From contig CAZXZO010000002.1 of NCBI GenBank assembly GCA_964645485.1, positions 138,312 through 151,766 of the forward strand: 13,455 nucleotides of DNA, given 5' to 3'. This document shows, one piece after another, positions 6,454 through 13,455 of the stretch. The translations under genes were made by a program, and so were the position numbers. How positions within the stretch are numbered: the stretch's first letter is position 1; each line of letters starts with the position of its first letter. This DNA is from an uncultured Candidatus Poseidoniales archaeon. GTDB lineage: Archaea > Thermoplasmatota > Poseidoniia > Poseidoniales > Thalassarchaeaceae. Under the pieces are notes generated by a model that saw only the letters and a list, made by a program, of their open reading frames with translations, did no database searches and had not been told where the DNA came from.

Positions 6454-6765
6454 ATGCGAACCATATATGTTGGAAGAAAGCCAGTACACGCTTATGTTGC
6501 CGCAGTGTTGAGAGCAATGCAAGATGGTGACCGGGATGTTGAATTAGTTGCAAGAGGTAACTCAATGAGAACAGCAATTGATACTGCTGAAATATGCCGT
6601 AGACGTAACGGAAACATCGCAAGCAATCTTCCTGCTGAGATGTTCAACAGGGGAGTTGAAATTGGCACAGAAGAGATTGAGATGGAAGATTCTGTCCGAG
6701 TTCTTTCATATGTCAAGATTCACTTAGAAGGCATTGGTGAGATGCCTGATGATTCCGAAGAGTAA
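6454..6765 (+). CDS. albA: Alba-family nucleic-acid-binding protein (divergent, net acidic)
   Basis: IYVGRKPVHAYV, VELVARG, AIDTAEI, VEIGTEEI and LSYVKIHL align with the Alba pattern IGxKPxxxYV...IKARG...AVDxAE...IxIGTE...SxIEIxL. SD AGGAG lies upstream. Confidence 0.88.
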   Translation: MRTIYVGRKPVHAYVAAVLRAMQDGDRDVELVARGNSMRTAIDTAEICRRRNGNIASNLPAEMFNRGVEIGTEEIEMEDSVRVLSYVKIHLEGIGEMPDDSEE

Positions 6766-6823
6766 TTCACTAATTTCACACCATCAGAGAATTCGGTAGC
6801 AAGTCGCTCCATTCATCCCCGAC

Positions 6824-7192
6824 TTATTCGTCCACAACTAGTTGGCGGACATTACTTTCAATCTCATCACGTATTTCTTGATACTTCTCAAGAACTCCGC
6901 CAACAGGGTCATCTAATTTCCAATCAGCCTTGAATTTCAGGTTAGGGCATGAAACACCACATCCCATTGAAAAGATTAGGTCAAAAGATTCTGTATCCAC
7001 ATCATCTAGATTGGTCGGTTCTTGATTGGAAATATCAATTCCCTTTTCAGCCATTACTGCAATTGCATTCTTGGCTACAGATTGCCCTGGGTGGGTGCCT
7101 GCAGATTGCGCTTCCAACCCGTGATATTTTGCCCAACCTTCAGCCATCTGGCTGCGGCAGGTGTTGCCAACACAAACGAATAATACACGCAT
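6824..7192 (-). CDS. arsC: LMW phosphatase family protein / arsenate reductase ArsC-like
   Basis: P-loop CVGNTCRS (C7, C12, R13), QMAEG, AGT, MGCGVSCP (C78, C82) and W..DDP. SD GGTGAT at 7199-7204. Confidence 0.8.
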   Translation of the reverse strand: MRVLFVCVGNTCRSQMAEGWAKYHGLEAQSAGTHPGQSVAKNAIAVMAEKGIDISNQEPTNLDDVDTESFDLIFSMGCGVSCPNLKFKADWKLDDPVGGVLEKYQEIRDEIESNVRQLVVDE

Positions 7193-7214
7193 AAAATAAT
7201 CACCAATCTGACCC

Positions 7215-7222
7215 TTAATTAA
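7215..7222 (-). promoter_or_regulatory. TATA-like box TTAATTAA upstream of the arsC-like gene
   Basis: AT palindrome 23-30 nt upstream of ATG 7192. Confidence 0.45.
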
Positions 7223-7240
7223 TGTTGCAGAACTAACTCA

Positions 7241-10200
7241 TCAGAGTTGTTTTTGGAACTCGTTATTCAAACCTAGTTGTTCATCAAGGCTTCCACCTCG
7301 TCGCATCAGGACTACGATAGCAACTCCACCACCAAGCATCACAACACCCAAAATAATCATGACAATCATCACCGTTGACCCCCAATCACTCAATGCATCT
7401 GTTGGATTTGTTAGGGGGTCAACCTCCTTGTCAGAAAGTTCCACAGTTGCCTCAAATACAGGATTTGTGCTCTGGAGATAGACATCGATTCCTCGGAAAT
7501 CAAGAACTAAGGTGTCAACCGGCAGACCTTCTCTGACAGTCACTTGAATGGAGTATATTCCATCACCCGCAATCTCATCTCCTTGTTGTCCGTCGTCTCT
7601 CATGGTTTGCCATGTTGTGTCTTGACCAACTGGTGCAAGCATTCGCAACCTACCTTGTACTACGGTTATTGGATCGTGGTCTGTCGCATTAACAGTTAAC
7701 ACATAATTTGAGGCACCATCACCAACATCTGGTATGATTATTTTTTCAACTTCTGAACCATCTTTTAGGATTCGGAAATCAGAAATTACCGGCGCACCAT
7801 TTTCTATTAGAAGTGGGGGGATACTTGCGGTGGCCGCATCCCATGCATCACCACCAACTCCGGCCACAGAACTTGGCGAGTTTAGATGTGTCAGAATCGC
7901 CCAACCACCTCCGCTATCAATCGTCTTGACGGGAAGATACAGGTCTCCAGGGCTAACAGTTTCTGGAATTGTTACCTCACCACTCCAATAGTCGCCACCA
8001 TCGTGCGTGAGTGGGTAGATTTCGCCGCCTTCGGCGATTAAATCAATGCCAACACTCTCGATTGAAAGGCTGTCAAATACCTTGACAGTCACCGTCACAT
8101 TTTCACCCCGTTCAGCCTGTTCACTGCCGAGTGTGAAATCAACAATTCGTGGTGCTCGGTGCACTACTTCCATCGTTACATCTTCTGCCGTGCTACTCCA
8201 AGCATCAACCGCGGTTGGGGTGATTGTTAAGTTGCCGGCATCGGTCCCGTAATAGACAAATGAGCCGGTGAAATTGTCATCGTGAACAATGATATCACCA
8301 TCTTGGCCGAGATCATTCAATTCGATTGTTCCTAGTCCCAATGTTGACAAATCAACAGTGACTTCACGCATATTCCAATCCGGGTCATTGATTTCAACTT
8401 CAATGTGAACTAAGTTGCCACCCTCGTTGAGGACTCTGTCTTCTTGAAGGCGGACTTCAACTATTTCTGGCGCGGTATTTTCACTAGCAGAAATGATACT
8501 GGGTGAAAGCACTCTTTCAAGGGATTGGTTTTCCCAAAACCAAGCATCTTCTGTAGCATTGAAATCAAGATAAACTTCCCTTGAGACTTCAGCTATCAAG
8601 CCAGCAAGTATTCCATCGTTGATGACTAATCCTGTTGCACTGCTCAAGTCACTCAAGTATGTACCACTCCACGAAGTAACGTCCATTGTGTGCCCGTCAC
8701 GAGTAAAAGATTGGTAAGAATTTGCAGTTAATTCCAATTTCATCAAGTTTCCAGAATAAAGCCCTACATTATCTCCGATTTGCAGTTCAGTAGGAGCCAA
8801 ACCCGTCTCTCGACTGATGTTTATGTCCCCTAGTCCAGAATCATCTGGCTCTGTGCTATTCACCACTTCTACAGGTATTGGGGAATTGGGTGGCCACTCT
8901 TCACCCTGACTTGGGTCGTCACTCTGTTCATACCAAGAATAGTAGATTGTGCGGTTAGTATAATTCTCGTAAATCACTTCATGGTCCCACGTTTCGTTGT
9001 AGGTTTGGGTAGGTCCCATGCCCTCTAGCAAACCACCTCCAGTTAGGTTTAGCCAATCCTCTTGGTGGATACGATTGACCTCCCACATTTGGCCAGTAGA
9101 GTTAGCGGATTGGCCGCTGTCTTCAATTCGGCGCCACATGCCGAATTCACCAGTGGTAGCACCAGTGATGTCCGCGTCAATGTGGATCGTGTCGGCAACC
9201 TTTGTGCCATCTTGTGTTTCTTGATGAAGAAGTATTACTTCCCCATCTATCACGATTGAACCATTTTCATCGTTAGTATCTGAAAAGAAAAATGTACCAT
9301 CACCGTAGGTTTTGTCATGTTGGAGAACTATCTCACCGTCTTCATATCGTTCAAGAGATATTAGTTGCTCAAGGTCAACATAAATGTAAGAACCAGACGA
9401 TTGAATTTCTAATTCACCAGTTGCTTGAAACTCGGTGTGCTCAAGCACTCTTACACCATCAACATCGTGTAATTCAACTAATAATAATGAGATTTCAGCG
9501 TCAACGTACATTTCTTCATCTTCATCAACATTAGTGATGTTCAAGTTGCCATTTGCTTCCATTCGAAGTTGTTCTTCGATTGAACCATCAATCATCGAGC
9601 GTAGTATGTAAGCATCCTCAACAGATGCTGAAATTGTTAAGTTTCCATCAGTATCATCAGTGATGGTCATGTTTCCAGCACCAGCCATCTCAAAGATTTG
9701 GCTAGTGAGTTCTTCACCAACCATTGTTTCATTGAGCCAAATTCTGTTTAAGTCAAGGACAATCAGAATATTACTTCCATCCTCAGATACCTCATCAATC
9801 GTCAGTGTTCCCGAACCCAATTCATCGTGTATCAACACTCCATCAGTTCGTTGTTGCCATCCTTGTCCATTGAATTCAAGGAGATATTCTTCAGTAGTTT
9901 GATTTTCTATTTGATGCCGTAAGGACCAATCAGTTGTGACAGTGATTTCATGGTCGGATATGGGTTGATTCCATAGCGTGGCTTGGACGGTTCTTGAAGA
10001 AAGGAGGGTGGAAGTAGCGTTGTCAAACACTTCTAGGACAATTTCATCGCCAAAAGAAAGGTTACTCGGGAGGGTGATGCGGTGGTGAGTCAGGTTCACT
10101 GGTGAAATTGTGTAATTTTCATCATTCCAAAGGAAAGTCCAGGTTCCAACTTCGGTTCCGTTGACGTCTGTGTGAGTTGCATTAACGAAAAATTCTGCGG

Positions 10201-10387
10201 AATTTGTAGTTTCATCGAACGAAATCAGGTATGAGTGGTCCGCTTCTCCGTCCTCATTATGGTCAAGCCAATCTACCGAGATTAATGGTGGAGTAGAGCC
10301 AGATGCTAAAGTCAGTGGAAGCGCTAGTGAAGTCAAGAAAAGTAGCATCAATACAATTGCCGGTCGACCACTCGCATCTCTTCTCAT
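7241..10387 (-). CDS. Large acidic secreted, membrane-anchored surface protein (1048 aa) with internal beta repeats, Ig-like modules and choice-of-anchor-X-like motifs
   Basis: Signal peptide MRRDASGRPAIVLMLLFLTSLALPLTLA. The protein is D/E/T-rich with many NxS/T sequons, carries LNDLGQDGD...DDNFTG and MRDDGQQGDEIAGDGIYS motifs, and ends in a TM helix (VMIVMIILGVVMLGGGVAIVVLM) followed by RR. Confidence 0.9.
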   Translation of the reverse strand: MRRDASGRPAIVLMLLFLTSLALPLTLASGSTPPLISVDWLDHNEDGEADHSYLISFDETTNSAEFFVNATHTDVNGTEVGTWTFLWNDENYTISPVNLTHHRITLPSNLSFGDEIVLEVFDNATSTLLSSRTVQATLWNQPISDHEITVTTDWSLRHQIENQTTEEYLLEFNGQGWQQRTDGVLIHDELGSGTLTIDEVSEDGSNILIVLDLNRIWLNETMVGEELTSQIFEMAGAGNMTITDDTDGNLTISASVEDAYILRSMIDGSIEEQLRMEANGNLNITNVDEDEEMYVDAEISLLLVELHDVDGVRVLEHTEFQATGELEIQSSGSYIYVDLEQLISLERYEDGEIVLQHDKTYGDGTFFFSDTNDENGSIVIDGEVILLHQETQDGTKVADTIHIDADITGATTGEFGMWRRIEDSGQSANSTGQMWEVNRIHQEDWLNLTGGGLLEGMGPTQTYNETWDHEVIYENYTNRTIYYSWYEQSDDPSQGEEWPPNSPIPVEVVNSTEPDDSGLGDINISRETGLAPTELQIGDNVGLYSGNLMKLELTANSYQSFTRDGHTMDVTSWSGTYLSDLSSATGLVINDGILAGLIAEVSREVYLDFNATEDAWFWENQSLERVLSPSIISASENTAPEIVEVRLQEDRVLNEGGNLVHIEVEINDPDWNMREVTVDLSTLGLGTIELNDLGQDGDIIVHDDNFTGSFVYYGTDAGNLTITPTAVDAWSSTAEDVTMEVVHRAPRIVDFTLGSEQAERGENVTVTVKVFDSLSIESVGIDLIAEGGEIYPLTHDGGDYWSGEVTIPETVSPGDLYLPVKTIDSGGGWAILTHLNSPSSVAGVGGDAWDAATASIPPLLIENGAPVISDFRILKDGSEVEKIIIPDVGDGASNYVLTVNATDHDPITVVQGRLRMLAPVGQDTTWQTMRDDGQQGDEIAGDGIYSIQVTVREGLPVDTLVLDFRGIDVYLQSTNPVFEATVELSDKEVDPLTNPTDALSDWGSTVMIVMIILGVVMLGGGVAIVVLMRRGGSLDEQLGLNNEFQKQL

Positions 10388-10511
10388 GAGATTACCTTCG
10401 CTGTATTCCCTAATGAATCCTAACCCTTCACGTTAAGTTGTATTTGGCTTACTCTTCAGACGTGTGGTGCACCAAAGGGTCAATTTTTACAGAGATTATT
10501 GAAGGGCTGTC

Positions 10512-10913
10512 TTAGAACAGTGGTTCTTCATAACCATCATCAGTACGGTTCCAAATATCAGTGGCTAAATCATCGTAGATATTGAATTCAGGAGAATCAA
10601 CTTCTTCCTCTTCCTCTTCCAAGTATCCGAGCGCTTTTTGGGCTAATTCAGCCTTAAATCTCCAATAGTGAATACGCCACTCTCTGCCATCCCAAAGAGT
10701 AGTTTCTTCGGATTCAGTAGTCAACAGGTTGTAATCTTGAAAAATATAAAACAAATTTCTGTCAGTTGGCTCCAAAGCATTATCGATGATACGGTCATAA
10801 TAACCAAAGAATCCTAGAGCATGTTCTGCCATGCTCTCTGCGACAGTCTTTTCCATTTCTTTGTCAATATGCCGTTGAATTGCAGCAGTTAATCCCGCCA
10901 TTGTCATTCCCAT
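10512..10913 (-). CDS. Conserved Thermoplasmata-type hypothetical protein (DUF6015-like by recollection), 133 aa with acidic tail
   Basis: Core FFGYYDRIIDNALEPTDRNLFYIFQDYNLLTTESEETTLWDGREWRIHYW resembles a conserved Thermoplasmata family. Start moved to ATG 10913, preceded by SD AAGGAGAG. Confidence 0.75.
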   Translation of the reverse strand: MGMTMAGLTAAIQRHIDKEMEKTVAESMAEHALGFFGYYDRIIDNALEPTDRNLFYIFQDYNLLTTESEETTLWDGREWRIHYWRFKAELAQKALGYLEEEEEEVDSPEFNIYDDLATDIWNRTDDGYEEPLF

Positions 10914-11091
10914 GAAAATCTCTCCTTGTTTGAGTGCTCCGTCAAAACTATCGCACTCGGGTACACCTATTATTTGTACACCGCAATATATCAACAATCC
11001 GGTGGAAAAGACCCATTACATCGGTTGAGCACCGGTTTTGAACCGGCGAGAATGCATAAAACCAAACAAGCCGGGCAGTGCTTTGAGAGAT

Positions 11092-12018
11092 ATGGCAGAT
11101 GACTCAATCAGCGGCAATTTTCTCGGCTTGAAAGAGTCAGGCAGAGATGGTGCTGATATTGCAATACTTTCGCTTCCCTATGAATTGACAGTTTCATATG
11201 GACAAGGCACCGAAAATGGTCCAGCAGCTTGTATTGAGGCGTCAGCTCAAGTCGAATTACACGATCCATTATTGAGTGAAGATTTGCCCGCAGGTCGAAC
11301 AATTTTCACAGCAGAACCTTGGGATGGTGAAGGTGGTTCATTAGAGGAACAGTTAGAGGGTATTGAGAAGTATCTCCAAGAGTGGACAGATGGCCAAGTT
11401 TTCCCTGTCGTTTTGGGAGGTGAGCATGGCTGTCTCCCAGCGATAATGAGAGCCCTTTCGAAACACCCAAGTTTAGCCGGTGATTTGAGTCGTCTAACAG
11501 TTGTACAGATAGATGCACACGCAGATTTGAGAGACCAGTTAGATGGCGACAAATTTAGCCACGCCTGTGCTGCGCGGAGGGCCTTGGATGAGGGGGTTGG
11601 AAACCTGATTCAAATCGCGGTGCGTGCGTACTCAAAAGAAGAGGACGAATTTATCAAATCAGAGAAGCGTGTACAGACCTATTTCGCTCGTGATTTATTA
11701 ACACAAATTGGCGATGAGAATGGCTGGCAGTCATTGCTCCGTAATTTGTCTGAACTCAAAGGGCCAGTATGGCTAACTTTGGATATTGATGGATTAGATG
11801 GTTCGATTGTGCCGCATACAGGTACTCCGGTTCCAGGTGGATTGGCTTATTGGCAGGCTGTTGAGGTGATTGAAAGCCTGTTTTTGGCCAACCGCACACA
11901 GGTGATTGGTGCTGATGTAGTGGAGATTGTACCGGGTACAGATAATAATTTGACGCAGTTTACTGCGGCCATGCTAGCGACAAAAATTGTTGCCGCACAC
12001 ATCGCTTCTCTTCCTTAG
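11092..12018 (+). CDS. speB: Agmatinase / ureohydrolase (arginase family), 308 aa
   Basis: Metal-binding motifs GGEHG, DAHADLRD, SHAC, LDIDGLD, TGTPVPGG and GADVVEI. The N-terminal PYELTVSYGQGTENGP is typical of agmatinases. Start moved to ATG 11092. Confidence 0.88.
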   Translation: MADDSISGNFLGLKESGRDGADIAILSLPYELTVSYGQGTENGPAACIEASAQVELHDPLLSEDLPAGRTIFTAEPWDGEGGSLEEQLEGIEKYLQEWTDGQVFPVVLGGEHGCLPAIMRALSKHPSLAGDLSRLTVVQIDAHADLRDQLDGDKFSHACAARRALDEGVGNLIQIAVRAYSKEEDEFIKSEKRVQTYFARDLLTQIGDENGWQSLLRNLSELKGPVWLTLDIDGLDGSIVPHTGTPVPGGLAYWQAVEVIESLFLANRTQVIGADVVEIVPGTDNNLTQFTAAMLATKIVAAHIASLP

Positions 12019-12097
12019 ATTGTGGTTGATTCTTCAATGATAGTGCAACTTGGTTGTAATGCTAAGGCTAAAATCATCCTGCCATTAGCGACCATTT

Positions 12098-13455
12098 GTG
12101 TCACGCATTACGCCAGTCTTAGTTCTAGCCGTTTTGCTACTATCAAGTGCACCTACTACAGTTGCCCAACAACCGGATATTGTTCAGGAACATTGGTACC
12201 ATTCCTATCTGACACTTACAACTGATGTCCACTCCTGGGTAACTGATTACCCCGAAATAGTAACTCTGACTTCTGCTGGACAAACCGAACTCGGACGGAA
12301 TCTCTGGGTTGTTCAAATCTCTGATTGGAGCGTGGAACTAAAGCCAGATGGGGCGAAAAAAGAGATTGTCTACATTGATGGTGGTCACCATGGGAATGAG
12401 CACTTGGGGACTGAATTGGCTTTCTTGACAGCTGAATATTACATTGAGGGTTGGGCTGCTGGTGATCAGGAAGCCATTGATGTTCTGACTACTACTGAAC
12501 TCCACATACTCATCATGCTCAATGCAGATGGCAATGATATCGACACCCGTTGGAATATCAACCAAGTAGACTTGAACAGAAATTACGACCATTACTGGGA
12601 TACTTGTCCAGTTACCCAACCTGGTAGTGCTGCCTTTAGTGAATCAGAAACTCTTGCTAATTCGATTTACATGAACACAGTTGTTCCAGATGCTGACTTG
12701 TATGTCACTATGCATACTGGGGTGTGGATTATGCTCTACCCTTGGGGTAAATGGCCGGAGCAACCTTCAGATTGGGAATTATATCATGGCATCAGAGAAG
12801 ATGTTCACGCAAATATCTCAGACATTCCTATTCAAAATGCAAATCAAGGATTATACCCAAATTGTGGAACTAGTAGAGATTATGGCTATGGGGTGATGGG
12901 TTTCCCAACATTCACCTTTGAAACTGATGATGAACAATGGGCACTTGGTACTGTTGAGCCTTTGTCACAACGCCTTGGCGAAGAGTTGGATGTTATGCAA
13001 TATCTGATTTCTAATATCTGGTATTGGCGGGCCCGACTCTCAGTCACATCGTTTGAGTACAGTGGAGATAACATCGAACTGAAGGTTGACAATTTAGGGA
13101 GGGCAAGCACTTCAAATGCCACGGTCCGATACATCGAGGGTAGTGAAGTGATGTGGACGTCGGAGTTGTTTAGTGTTAATGCAACCAACAGTTCGCACGT
13201 TTACCTAGATTCGTCGAATCTGAGTCTAACAGATTCTGGTCACTTTGAATTGTATTATCAAAAGCGAGTAATTGATGCAAGCCTTTGGGTCAACGAATCA
13301 ATTCCAGACGAGGTTCTTCGAGTAGTTGAAACCGCTAGCAAAGGATTACTTCCCGCGCCTGGAATCTTCATTTCTCTCCTTGCGGCATTCGGGGCAGCAA
13401 TCGCTTCGGAACGGCGTGAAACCATGTTTTTCCATGAAAAAAATGCTGGCCGAAC
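12098..13455 (+). CDS. Secreted M14-family zinc carboxypeptidase with C-terminal membrane anchor (3' end outside window; not in ORF track)
   Basis: Hand-translated open frame from GTG 12098 (in-frame TAG at 12086) to the window end. Signal peptide (M)SRITPVLVLAVLLLSSAPTTVA; Zn motif GGHHGNE (H98, E101); NADG; DLNRNYD; MHTG (H206); FTFET (E275); C-terminal LLPAPGIFISLLAAFGAAIASERR. Confidence 0.92.
   Translation, partial: MSRITPVLVLAVLLLSSAPTTVAQQPDIVQEHWYHSYLTLTTDVHSWVTDYPEIVTLTSAGQTELGRNLWVVQISDWSVELKPDGAKKEIVYIDGGHHGNEHLGTELAFLTAEYYIEGWAAGDQEAIDVLTTTELHILIMLNADGNDIDTRWNINQVDLNRNYDHYWDTCPVTQPGSAAFSESETLANSIYMNTVVPDADLYVTMHTGVWIMLYPWGKWPEQPSDWELYHGIREDVHANISDIPIQNANQGLYPNCGTSRDYGYGVMGFPTFTFETDDEQWALGTVEPLSQRLGEELDVMQYLISNIWYWRARLSVTSFEYSGDNIELKVDNLGRASTSNATVRYIEGSEVMWTSELFSVNATNSSHVYLDSSNLSLTDSGHFELYYQKRVIDASLWVNESIPDEVLRVVETASKGLLPAPGIFISLLAAFGAAIASERRETMFFHEKNAGR

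Noticed and set aside
10600-10622. (TCTTCC)n microsatellite
   Set aside because: It simply encodes the poly-Glu run of the 133-aa protein.
636-13188. Short antisense or alternative-frame ORFs in the track (e.g. 636-821, 1934-2263, 4284-4511, 7734-7991, 11247-11552, 12022-12225, 12338-12619, 12681-12896, 12886-13188)
   Set aside because: All are shadows of well-supported genes and carry no motifs. Those above 12000 overlap the M14 peptidase frame.
1-13455. CRISPR array, transposase, rRNA or BoxA reductase
   Set aside because: No regularly spaced direct repeats, DDE or tyrosine-recombinase motifs, rRNA-like sequence, or ferredoxin CxxCxxCxxxC/FAD-binding ORF was seen.

Overview
Chromosomal window from an archaeon. 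The Alba gene, archaeal-style promoters and leaderless starts, a Thermoplasmata-type conserved small protein and acidic membrane-anchored exoproteins suggest Thermoplasmatota, probably Marine Group II (inference). On the left is a minus-strand operon: a single-domain BoxC-like crotonase (1783-2640), a compact BoxB-type diiron epoxidase with all six iron ligands (599-1759), a translationally coupled 187-aa unknown (25-588), and possibly a further gene starting at position 6. A PcaF/PaaJ/BoxE-type thiolase (4913-6139) lies on the plus strand nearby. Together these form a candidate minimal archaeal CoA-epoxide aromatic ring-cleavage system, with no BoxA reductase in the window. Between the operon and the thiolase sits an AT-rich segment (~2704-4600) encoding a seven-bladed beta-propeller surface protein that has a host-like C-terminal anchor and an unclear start. 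The rest of the window holds tRNA-Gly(GCC) with an unusual A1:U72 pair, an acidic Alba, an orphan ArsC/LMW-PTP, a 1048-aa repeat-containing surface protein, a conserved hypothetical, an agmatinase-family gene, and an M14 zinc carboxypeptidase (from GTG 12098, running off the window, absent from the ORF track). All family calls come from motif recognition; no database searches were run.
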